From: an uncultured Acidobacteriota bacterium
GTDB taxonomy: Bacteria; Acidobacteriota; Vicinamibacteria; Vicinamibacterales; UBA8438
Length of the DNA: 64,000 nucleotides
Direction of reading: 5' to 3'
Assembly (NCBI GenBank): GCA_913043225.1
Contig: CAJWLU010000006.1
Span: 32,001-96,000, forward strand
The notes under the pieces were generated by a model. It was given only the letters and a program-made list of their open reading frames with translations, did no database searches and was not told where the DNA came from. The position numbers and the translations under genes were made by a program. Positions 49,831 through 58,496 of this stretch are shown here, piece by piece. The first letter of the stretch is position 1, and every line of letters begins with the position of its first letter.

Positions 49831-50463
49831 CTACCCGGTGTCGACCGAGACGCCCGTGTAGAACGCAGTGGTGCGGGAAGTGGCCGCCTGCGCCTCGGTG
49901 GCGTCGGTGCCAAAGGCGAGGGAGGCTCGCCCCCATCCCTCACTCGACCGAGCAATCAGTGCCTGGCCTTAGGGCGAGGCACTGAAGGCGTCCTCGTCGA
50001 GTCGCTCCTCACCGGCAAGATGACGGGACAGGCCGAGGAGCGCCAGCTCCCAGCCGACGCCGAGTGCGCCAGGTCCGTACTCGCTCCAGTGCGAAGAGGG
50101 TCGTGACGCGTGCGTGAGCGTCAGACGAGAGCCGGGCAAGTAATCGTCCAGGACGAGCTCGACCCAGCTGACGTCGTCCCCAAATTCCCAGGTCAGACCG
50201 AGTCGGGCCGACGGCTCGCACGAGACGATGTCGCCGCCGGCATTGCCCTCGAGCTGATAGCGGCCTCCCAGCGTCAGGGCACCCCGCACTGGGAGAAACC
50301 ACTGGGCAATGCGGTCGGGCGTCGTCAGCACTTTCCAGAGCCTCTGCCGAGAGACCGGGAAGGTGCGGGTCAGGGTGACGTTGAGGGTCTGCTCGCCATG
50401 GCGGTGGCCGGAGGCCACGCGGCGGTCCACCGAGGCTTGGGGGTGAGCAGGGTTAAATCTCAT
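49831..50463 (-). pseudogene. SRPBCC/AHSA1-like protein with premature TAA
   Basis: The ORF stops at TAA 49969-49971, but the frame continues GQALIARSSEGWGRA...RTTAFYTG to TAG 49831-49833, which reads as the normal C-terminus of this family. Confidence 0.75.
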
Positions 50464-50528
50464 CCGGTGAGTATAGCCAGCGCGGCGTATAATCGGCCCC
50501 GATCTAAGCAGGCTAAGGTGGGGAAGCG

Positions 50529-52427
50529 ATGAAGCACAGTGCGGTCAGCATCATGCGGCATTTCCTGGCGGGTGTCGTACTCGTGACCCTCGCTGTATCA
50601 ACGGTGTTGGCTCAGGACGACTGGCGGCATTGGGGGCGGGATTTGGGTAATCAACGGCATTCGCCGTTGACTCAGATCGACGCCGATAACGTCGATCAGC
50701 TTGAGCTAGCTTGGCGCTACGAGATGCCGCGGCCCGGCACGCCATCGCGGCCGGCGCAGTCGACACCGTTGATGGTCGACGGGGTCTTGTATCTCTCGTT
50801 CCCCTACTACCGGGTGGTCGCGGTGGTGCCAGAAACGGGCCAAGAACTGTGGGACTACACCGCGCCCGGACAGTGGGACTCGGCCGAGCACCAGCAGCAC
50901 TGGACCGGAGGATCGATGCGGGGTCTGGCCTACTGGGATGGGCAGAATGGTATTGCGCCGCAGATAGTGTTCGGAACCGAGGAAGGGGAGCTGATCTCAC
51001 TGAACGCCGCCACTGGTATTCCCGGCGCCCACTTCGGGAACGACGGCTATGTAGATCTGAAGACCGAGGACGTCATGAACGGCTTTCCGAATATGCACTA
51101 CGGGATCGGTTCGGGCGTAGCCATCTACAAGCACCTGGTCTTCACCCCGGTTCACAACGCCGACGAGACCGGCTCGAAGGGGCCAGCCGGCGACGTGCGC
51201 GCCTGGGATCTTCGGACTGGCGAACTGGTGTGGACGTTCCACACCGTGCCGCACCCCGGAGAGTTCGGCAACGACACCTGGCTGGATGGTTCGTGGGAGC
51301 GCGTCAGCGGAGCGAACACGTGGAGCTTCTTTACTATCGACGAGGAGCGCGGCATTCTCTATATGCCTCTGGGGTCGGCGCTTAACGATTTCTATGGCAT
51401 GGATCGGCCCGGCGACAACCTGTTCGCGAACTCCATCGTGGCAGTCGATGCGATGACAGGTGAACGGCTGTGGCACTTCCAGGCCGTCCACCATGACCTG
51501 TGGGATCTCGACATGCCGGTGCCGCCGATCCTGTTCGATGTCGAACGGGATGGCGAGGCCATTCCTGCGGTCGGCGTGATGACGAAGTTTCCGGTGCTCT
51601 TCATCTTCAACCGAGTGACCGGCGAGCCAATCTACGAGATTGAGGAGCGTCCCGTCCCGGCGGGTAACATGCAGGGAGAGTATTACTCGCCGACCCAGCC
51701 CTTCCCGGTGAAGCCTCCGGTCTTCGGGCGGATCGATTTCACGATGGACGACATCGCCACGGTCACCCCGGAGCACACCGCGGCGTGCCGCGAGCGACTG
51801 ATGGCGTATGACGGTGGACGTAATCGGGGAGCCTACACGCCGCCATCGCTCGAGGGCGCGCTGGTGTTTCCGTCGACGGGCGGAGGAACCGAGTTTACCG
51901 GTGGGACGTTTGATCCGGAACTGGGCTACTACATCATCAATTATGCCGACACCGGCCACATCAGCACGCTGGAGCCGGTGGGTGTGAACTCGGATCGGCG
52001 AGGGTACGTGGGCCCGCCTGAGTCACGTCGGCGGTACTGGCACATCGTTGACCGGTTGAGCGTCGACGGCTGGCCCTGCTGGCAGCCACCCTGGTCGCAA
52101 CTGGTGGCCGTCGATGTCAACAGCGGTGAGATCGCCTGGAAAATTCCGTTTGGTACCGTTGAGGGGGCGCCGCCCGGACTGCTCACTGGGGCTCCGAACT
52201 CCCAGAAGGGCGGCCCCACGTCGACCGCCGCAGGGATTTTCTTCATCGGCGGCGCCTCGGACCGGATGTTTCGCGCCTATGAAACCAAGACCGGGCGCGA
52301 GTTGTGGAGTGTCGAGACCGAGCAGATGATCAGCGGGTCGAATCCGATTGTCTACATGGGGGAGGACGGCAAGCAGTATGTGGCCGTGGCTGCGGGCACG
52401 ACATTGTTGGCCTATGCCCTGCCGTGA
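50529..52427 (+). CDS. PQQ-dependent glucose/quinate dehydrogenase-like protein (exported)
   Basis: HSPLTQI, QSTPLMVDG, PGDNLFANS, HHDLWDLD, SPTQPFP and DGKQYVAV. Confidence 0.9.
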   Translation: MKHSAVSIMRHFLAGVVLVTLAVSTVLAQDDWRHWGRDLGNQRHSPLTQIDADNVDQLELAWRYEMPRPGTPSRPAQSTPLMVDGVLYLSFPYYRVVAVVPETGQELWDYTAPGQWDSAEHQQHWTGGSMRGLAYWDGQNGIAPQIVFGTEEGELISLNAATGIPGAHFGNDGYVDLKTEDVMNGFPNMHYGIGSGVAIYKHLVFTPVHNADETGSKGPAGDVRAWDLRTGELVWTFHTVPHPGEFGNDTWLDGSWERVSGANTWSFFTIDEERGILYMPLGSALNDFYGMDRPGDNLFANSIVAVDAMTGERLWHFQAVHHDLWDLDMPVPPILFDVERDGEAIPAVGVMTKFPVLFIFNRVTGEPIYEIEERPVPAGNMQGEYYSPTQPFPVKPPVFGRIDFTMDDIATVTPEHTAACRERLMAYDGGRNRGAYTPPSLEGALVFPSTGGGTEFTGGTFDPELGYYIINYADTGHISTLEPVGVNSDRRGYVGPPESRRRYWHIVDRLSVDGWPCWQPPWSQLVAVDVNSGEIAWKIPFGTVEGAPPGLLTGAPNSQKGGPTSTAAGIFFIGGASDRMFRAYETKTGRELWSVETEQMISGSNPIVYMGEDGKQYVAVAAGTTLLAYALP

Positions 52428-52429
52428 GG

Positions 52430-53374
52430 ATGGCCATGCGAAGCCTTGCTGCTGTTCTCCTAGTCGGTGCGCTCGGCGTGACCTCTTGCGGTGGGTTTGT
52501 TCCGGAAGAGGTTGATAGCCTGCCAGAGGCGGCGGTCCCGGCTCGTCCGATGTTGCCGAGTGGTGAGGCGCTTCCCGCGCACTACGGGTCGGTGGGCGAT
52601 CTGGCCGAACGGGGCGAGTTCTACGCTTCGGGTGGCGAAACCGAGCTGCGCGAGCACGACGGTAGTCACTACCATGGGTACGACGGCCCGCTTGTGTGGG
52701 CGGATGAGGGACCAGGGAGCGGGTCGCAGGGCCTGGTTTACGGTGTGGAAGACGGCGTCGTGGTCTCGGCGGGCTACCTCCTGGCGCAGGATGATCTAGC
52801 CGCGGGACGCAGCTTCCACGGCATGACCCTGCGCGAGATGGACCTGCCAGCTGTGCGGTCGATGACTGTCGACCTGATTCCGGGCGACGGCTCAGCCGGC
52901 GGGCACTATCTGTTTTTGTGGCATTTTGCCGACAGCCCAGCTGGGGCACTCGACGTTGGGCAGCTTCCACCCCGTGGCGAGCTGTCAGATGGCTACACCG
53001 TGATTGCGTGCGATCACGTGCCAGATACCAGGTTCTGTCCCGGCATGGGCCGGCACTACACCGATCTCTCGGTGACTACCGGAGGGCCGGCGTTCAGCCG
53101 TCAACCGTCCGACACGGGGACGGCCGGCGTAATCTTCGGCGAGGCGGCCGAGAAGCTGATCTTCATCGAGTACGTGTTTGGTCAGGCGGATCTCATCCAG
53201 GGCATGTCGTGGCCGGCCATTCCGCTCGACGACCTATCGATCCCGCCAATCGATAATATCCATGTTCTGCATTTTGGCACGGACGATTCAAGAGAAGGTC
53301 GCTATACGGTGCACATGTACTTTCTGCCCGAAGAGGTGTACCTCGCCTGGGACACCGAGCCGGAGACCCTTTAG
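52430..53374 (+). CDS. Hypothetical lipoprotein with two internal His-containing repeats
   Basis: Lipobox-like VTSC. Repeats HY...VYG...GY...HF and GMGRHY...IFG...EY...YTVHMYF. Confidence 0.65.
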   Translation: MAMRSLAAVLLVGALGVTSCGGFVPEEVDSLPEAAVPARPMLPSGEALPAHYGSVGDLAERGEFYASGGETELREHDGSHYHGYDGPLVWADEGPGSGSQGLVYGVEDGVVVSAGYLLAQDDLAAGRSFHGMTLREMDLPAVRSMTVDLIPGDGSAGGHYLFLWHFADSPAGALDVGQLPPRGELSDGYTVIACDHVPDTRFCPGMGRHYTDLSVTTGGPAFSRQPSDTGTAGVIFGEAAEKLIFIEYVFGQADLIQGMSWPAIPLDDLSIPPIDNIHVLHFGTDDSREGRYTVHMYFLPEEVYLAWDTEPETL

Positions 53375-53469
53375 TGCACCGGCTTCTCCGCATATAATGT
53401 CGCCCTGAGATGCGTCAACTTGTTGCTCGCAGCGGGTCTTCCGACTGCGACCATCATACGGAGGTCGAG

Positions 53470-54663
53470 ATGACCGGTTCATCGATTGGCCGTCTGTCAT
53501 TGACTGCCCTGGCTGGCGTGTTCATCGCCGTGTCGGCGAGTGCACAGGCAGTGAAGAAGCTCGACTCGTACGACGGCGTCGAAGTGCGACTGCTGCAAAG
53601 CAACAATGCAGGCACCGTCCAGCACATTATCGACCCCGAGATCAACGAGGTGGTCGGCATCATTCACGGCTGTCCGAATCCGCACAACGTCACGCTAGGC
53701 CCTGACAGCAAGCACTACTACTGCGCGAACGAACTCGAAGAGACGGTCGACGTGTTCGATACGAAGACCCTCGACCTGGTCACCCAGATTCCGCTGTCGG
53801 CACGGCCGAACAAGGTGGCGATCAATAAGAGGCATCGGAAGGCCTATGTGGCCATCGCCCGACGCTCGGCGAATCCTGGCCCCGGTGTCACGGTGGACCC
53901 GAACGGCCGCTTTCCATCGTTGGTGGACGTGATCGACATCGACACCCACGCGCTGGTCAAAAGCATCGAAGTGTTCAGCGTCGTCCACAACGTGTTCGTC
54001 ACGCCCGATGAGAATCACGTGGTGGCAGGCCTTCGGGGTTCGGTGGAGTCCGGGCAGCCCACTATTCAGGTAATCGACCCAGTCACCGACACTGTGGTGC
54101 GCGGTCTTGAGCTGACCGGCTACGAGCAGTACGGCCGAACGCATCACGAGGTGCGGCCGATGGCATTCCTCGCCAACGAGGACGGCTCGACCAAGTGGCT
54201 GTTCGCGCAGGCGACCGCCATCAATCGAATCTGGGTACTCGACTGGGAGACCGGCGAGAATGTCGACTTCCTGGTCCCGCCCGCGCTGCCGCTGTGGGAG
54301 AAGAACGCCGACGGCATCCAGACCGGTGACATGCACGGACTCGAGGTGCTGCCGGACAAGTCGGCTGTCTGGGCCTCGAGCCGGCTCGACAGTCGGATCT
54401 ATGGGTGGAGCTTGCCCGACTTGAGCTTCATCGGGAGCGTGATCGTGGGACCGAGTGCAAACTGGATGACGGCCACACCAGACAGCAAGTACATGTATGT
54501 GGCGGTGTCGGGCGCAGACCACACACTCGCCATCGACCTCGCGAAGCAGCAGATCGTTGGCAAGATCAAGGCTGGCGCGCGTCCCGCACGAATCGCTACA
54601 GCAGTACTGCCGCCGGATCGGGTGAACCCCCGCGGCACGGGCATGGCGGAGGAGAACGAATGA
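53470..54663 (+). CDS. YncE-like beta-propeller protein
   Basis: Signal peptide and blades PNPHNV, RPNKVAI, VVHNVFVTPD, MHGLEV, WMTATPDSK. Confidence 0.8.
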   Translation: MTGSSIGRLSLTALAGVFIAVSASAQAVKKLDSYDGVEVRLLQSNNAGTVQHIIDPEINEVVGIIHGCPNPHNVTLGPDSKHYYCANELEETVDVFDTKTLDLVTQIPLSARPNKVAINKRHRKAYVAIARRSANPGPGVTVDPNGRFPSLVDVIDIDTHALVKSIEVFSVVHNVFVTPDENHVVAGLRGSVESGQPTIQVIDPVTDTVVRGLELTGYEQYGRTHHEVRPMAFLANEDGSTKWLFAQATAINRIWVLDWETGENVDFLVPPALPLWEKNADGIQTGDMHGLEVLPDKSAVWASSRLDSRIYGWSLPDLSFIGSVIVGPSANWMTATPDSKYMYVAVSGADHTLAIDLAKQQIVGKIKAGARPARIATAVLPPDRVNPRGTGMAEENE

Positions 54664-55517
54664 CGACCCGGCGGGCGGCACACTCCGTGACACGGGCCGG
54701 ACTTGGTCTTGCGCTCGGGATGGCAGCGGTGGGAGCCAGCCTCGTCGCGCGGCCGGCCGGGGCCCAGAACTTTCCGGTCTCCGGTGATGTAGACACCTAC
54801 CGCGAGACGATAGAGGCTGTCTTCCTTGAGGACCGGGGCGGCACGACTGGGCGCTTTGCGTCGTGTGTGATGTGCCACACGTGGCAGACGAGTGTTCGCT
54901 TCAGTCTGGAGACACCGGAGAGCGCTGAGGGTTGGAGCAGCGAGCAGTCGCGGCGCAATCTTGACGTGGTCGGCCAGCTGATTAACACGCAGGATCCGGC
55001 GAGCAGCCGGTTGCTTCTGAAGCCGCTCGCGAACGATGCGGGCGGTCTGCCGCACACGGGAGGCACGTTCTGGGAGTCGACCGACGACCCGGAGTATGGA
55101 CGGGTGCTTCAGTGGATCCAGAGCCTGCCGGATAATCAGTTTGTCCCCGAACCGGAGCCGGAACTCGACTTCGAATTCTTCCGCGCCTGTGTGCAGCAGG
55201 TATTCGCGAACCCGCGTGATGGCCAGTTGCCGTGTAGCCGATGCCACTCTGGCGGTCTTATCGGATTCGCGCCGGCGCCCGGACGTGGCGATACCTGGAC
55301 TGAAGAGGAGGCACGGCGTGCCTACCAATTGATCACCCGCGTGATCACGCCGGGCAACCCGGAGCAGAGTCGGTTCATGATCAAGCCGCTCCATCCTGAC
55401 GGCGGTGGCGCCTACACCCATAACGGGCCGCGGCGGTGGCAGAGTCAGGCCGACGCGGAATGGCAGATGCTGGCTAGCTGGGTGCGTGGCGAACGCTCCG
55501 GGTCAAGCTGTTCGTAG
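54660..55517 (+). CDS. Exported diheme c-type cytochrome with duplicated domain
   Basis: CVMCH and CSRCH, each followed by S-R-x-x-x-K-P-L...GG...H. ATGA overlap with the upstream gene. Confidence 0.8.
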   Translation: MTTRRAAHSVTRAGLGLALGMAAVGASLVARPAGAQNFPVSGDVDTYRETIEAVFLEDRGGTTGRFASCVMCHTWQTSVRFSLETPESAEGWSSEQSRRNLDVVGQLINTQDPASSRLLLKPLANDAGGLPHTGGTFWESTDDPEYGRVLQWIQSLPDNQFVPEPEPELDFEFFRACVQQVFANPRDGQLPCSRCHSGGLIGFAPAPGRGDTWTEEEARRAYQLITRVITPGNPEQSRFMIKPLHPDGGGAYTHNGPRRWQSQADAEWQMLASWVRGERSGSSCS

Positions 55518-55560
55518 AGAGGGCACACTCGGTATCGGGCAGGCCTGGCAGCTGTATTTG

Positions 55561-55601
55561 AGAAGGGGTTGCGTCCCGAGGAGGGCGCAGCCCCTTTTTT
55601 G
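55561..55601 (+). terminator. Rho-independent terminator
   Basis: AAGGGGTTGCGTCC-loop-GGGCGCAGCCCCTT followed by a T run. Confidence 0.85.
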
Positions 55602-55720
55602 TGTCTGTCATGTGCCGGGCCGCGAATTCATGAGTCCTTCTGTGGCTGCTCAGTCTGGGTAACTCGTTGCGGTGCCCGGTATGATCTGCCGTATCGGTAC
55701 TTCCTCCGACGGAGGTCGCA

Positions 55721-56881
55721 ATGGAATGGGTGCGGGTGGTAGCCCTGGCGGCGTGCACTCTGGTCGGTCAGACGGCGGTCGCCGGACAGCTTCCAGACGA
55801 CGCGCATCCCGTGTCGCGGAACCGGTTGCCACCCCTCGAGCGGCAGGACCTCGACCCGAGCCGACACGAAGCGTTTGATGCGGTCATGCGTGCCGAGGGC
55901 CCGTCGGCGTCGGCTGCGCTTCGACTGCACGGCTCGGGGACCGATCTCCGATTCTCGGGTCCGCTCGGCCGGCCGCTGACCGAGGTGGCCATTCTGATCA
56001 CGGCGCGCGAGATCGATCAGCTCTACGAGTGGGCGATGCACGAGCTGGACGGGCTGGCGGTGGGTGTGGACGAGGTGCTGATCGACATCATTCGGCACCG
56101 CGAGCCGCTCGACGGTGTGGGCGGGTCCGAGGCGGTCATCATGGAGGTGGGCCGGGAGCTGCTCTCGACCCATACCCTGAGCGCCGACACCTACGCGCGG
56201 GCCCTGGCTCGCCTGGGGCAGACCAACCTGGTCGACCTGATCGTGCTCATCGGCAACTACGTATCGACCGGTGCCACGCTGACCGCGTTCAACCAGCAGA
56301 TGCCGATGGGGTGGCGGCAGTCGCTCCCGTTGCCGTTCGCGCTGCCTGATGACATTCACGCTGATTCACGGAACCGGCTACCGCTCAGGCCGGGGCCCTA
56401 CCGCACGTCGGTGAATGCGCTCTACGGACGGATGGCATCACCGGGCGGGATCGGCCCGGGGCAGATCCGCGCGTACGGCGAGGGGCGGGGGACGCTGGAG
56501 GATCGCGTCGGGCGGCGGACGATGATGCTGGCGATTCTGGCCACGGCCCGGGCGCACGACTCGCAATACGACTGGACGATGCACGAACCGCTGGCGCGTG
56601 AGGCGGGGGTAGAGCCTACTCTGATCGAGGCCATGCGCCTGGGTGAACGGCCTGCAGGCCTGGCCGAGGCTGACGACGCGCTGCTGGCGTTCGCCGAAGA
56701 GCTCTTCGACGACAACAACGTCTCGGCCGAGACGTATCGGCGGATGGAGACGGCCCTGGGCGTGCCCGACCTTGTCGACCTGGTCGCCCTGATGGGCGCC
56801 CATGCCGCCGACGCCGCGGTGCTTGCGGCGTTCGATCAACGGCTTCCGGAGGGCGTTGAACCGCGCCTGCCGACTCCGTAG
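55721..56881 (+). CDS. Carboxymuconolactone decarboxylase/AhpD-like protein, tandem duplication, with signal peptide
   Basis: Two repeats SRNRLP...AILxTAR...YEWAMHE/YDWTMHE...LVDL...AFNQ/AFDQ. Confidence 0.8.
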   Translation: MEWVRVVALAACTLVGQTAVAGQLPDDAHPVSRNRLPPLERQDLDPSRHEAFDAVMRAEGPSASAALRLHGSGTDLRFSGPLGRPLTEVAILITAREIDQLYEWAMHELDGLAVGVDEVLIDIIRHREPLDGVGGSEAVIMEVGRELLSTHTLSADTYARALARLGQTNLVDLIVLIGNYVSTGATLTAFNQQMPMGWRQSLPLPFALPDDIHADSRNRLPLRPGPYRTSVNALYGRMASPGGIGPGQIRAYGEGRGTLEDRVGRRTMMLAILATARAHDSQYDWTMHEPLAREAGVEPTLIEAMRLGERPAGLAEADDALLAFAEELFDDNNVSAETYRRMETALGVPDLVDLVALMGAHAADAAVLAAFDQRLPEGVEPRLPTP

Positions 56882-57150
56882 CTTTCCAACGCTCCTGCAA
56901 CAGAGCTCGCCTGAGGGTGTATCGGGGCAACGTCCTCCCGTTCGAGCAGCCGTAGTTTCTTGGTGATCCGCTCGTGTGGACGACGTTGTATCGTCGGTCA
57001 CAGCCCACCTAGCTGCTCCCGCCTCGCCAAGAAGCTGCCTCCTGGCCCTTCATGCTGGCTCCTCTTTGGCAGTCCGCTCTCGGGCTGCCCGGTATAATCG
57101 GCAAGCCCAGAAGGGTGCCGTATCTTCCAGATTCTGAGAGAGGTGGAGCA

Positions 57151-58089
57151 ATGACCCGTGTCATCGCCAGCGCCGTGGCGTTCAGTCTCGTGCTGCTGGG
57201 ATTCGCTGGAGCGAGCGCAGCGCAGGACGGCCCGCGCCTGAACAAGGTGATCGAGCTGTTCGAGAGCGACGAAGCCGCGTTCGGCATCCTCTCATTCGAC
57301 TACTCGCTCAACAACGCCCGCGCAATGGCGACCTCGGGGCTCGACTTTGTCTTCATCGACATGGAGCATGCGCCGTTCGACGTAGAGCGCCTGCGGCTGT
57401 TTCTCCTGGGGATGACCAACAAGCGCTCGATCCAGCAGAAGGGCAACCTTCAGCCGGACGTGATGCCGTTTGTCCGGATTCCGGCGGCCGGGGGGGCCGA
57501 GGAGCTGGTGGCGCAAGTCAAGCAGGTGCTCGACGTCGGGGTGTATGGAGTGTTCTTCCCGGCGGTTCATACGCGAGAGGACGCGCTGCTCGCGGTGCGG
57601 GCGACTCGGTATCCTCAGTACAACGACGCGCCCGACTACGAACCGGCGGGGTTGCGCGGCAGGAATCCGTCGAACGCCGCATGGTACTGGGGTGCCGGCG
57701 ACTATCACGCGAAGGCGGATGTATGGCCCCTCGACCCGCAGGGTGAGCTGCTGGCGATGATGTTCATCGAGTCGGCGGAGGGTGTCGAGAACATCGATGA
57801 GATCGTCACCGTGCCTGGCCTGGGCGGGATCTTCATCGGTCCGTCGGACCTGAGTACCTCGATGGGTTACACGAATGCAGCGGCGCCCGAGGTCGAGGCG
57901 GCCATCCAGCGTGTGCTCCAGGCCTGCCTGGACAACGATGTGCCGTGCGCGATCACAACCGGAGCGGGTTCGGTCGAACAGCGGATCAACGAGGGCTTCC
58001 GGTTTGTCACCGTCGGTGCGGACGGTGGTCTGAACACGGGCGCCAGCACCGCCTTGCAGCGTGGTCGGGAGGCCGCCGGGCGCGACTAG
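57151..58089 (+). CDS. HpcH/HpaI aldolase family protein with signal peptide
   Basis: FVFIDMEHAP, FVRIP, FIESAEGVENIDEI and IFIGPSDLS. Confidence 0.9.
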   Translation: MTRVIASAVAFSLVLLGFAGASAAQDGPRLNKVIELFESDEAAFGILSFDYSLNNARAMATSGLDFVFIDMEHAPFDVERLRLFLLGMTNKRSIQQKGNLQPDVMPFVRIPAAGGAEELVAQVKQVLDVGVYGVFFPAVHTREDALLAVRATRYPQYNDAPDYEPAGLRGRNPSNAAWYWGAGDYHAKADVWPLDPQGELLAMMFIESAEGVENIDEIVTVPGLGGIFIGPSDLSTSMGYTNAAAPEVEAAIQRVLQACLDNDVPCAITTGAGSVEQRINEGFRFVTVGADGGLNTGASTALQRGREAAGRD

Positions 58090-58105
58090 GCCGGTTGACC
58101 GGACG

Positions 58106-58487
58106 ATGAGGACGAAGAAGAGAGGCCCGAACCGGCGCGATTTCTTGAAGACCTCGGTGGCGGCCGGGCTGGGCTCTGGCGCTATGGCCGGGGCGTGCGC
58201 ACCGGTGGCGGAGACGGCGCACAGGAGGTCGTCTGGGACTATGAGGCCGAACACCACCGCTGGCCCGGGCTCGCTTCGACCGGGAGTGGGAAGGACGGTC
58301 GCTGGGTGCGTTGTCTACCTACACTCAGACCAGGATGCCCGAAGAAAACCCCGAGTCGCTCGCCGACCAGGAGGTGGCCGACGTCATCGCCTACATGCTG
58401 TCGGTGGGTGGCAAGCCGACGGGAAGCGAGGAGCTTCCGGCCGACGCCGCTAGCCTGAGCGGCATCGTGTTCGCGACGAAGCCGTAG
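58106..58487 (+). pseudogene. Chimeric remnant: Tat/FAD-oxidoreductase N-terminus joined to a cytochrome c C-terminus
   Basis: NRRDFLK signal, then frameshifted QEVVWDYEA, then in a third frame PPLARARFDREWEGRSLGALSTYTQTRMPEENPESLADQEVADVIAYML to the stop at 58487. Confidence 0.7.
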
Positions 58488-58496
58488 CTCGCCGAG

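Noticed and set aside
49969..49971. Programmed read-through of the in-frame stop in the SRPBCC gene
   Set aside because: The codon is TAA, not TGA or TAG, and no recoding signal was seen. Treated as a nonsense mutation or error.
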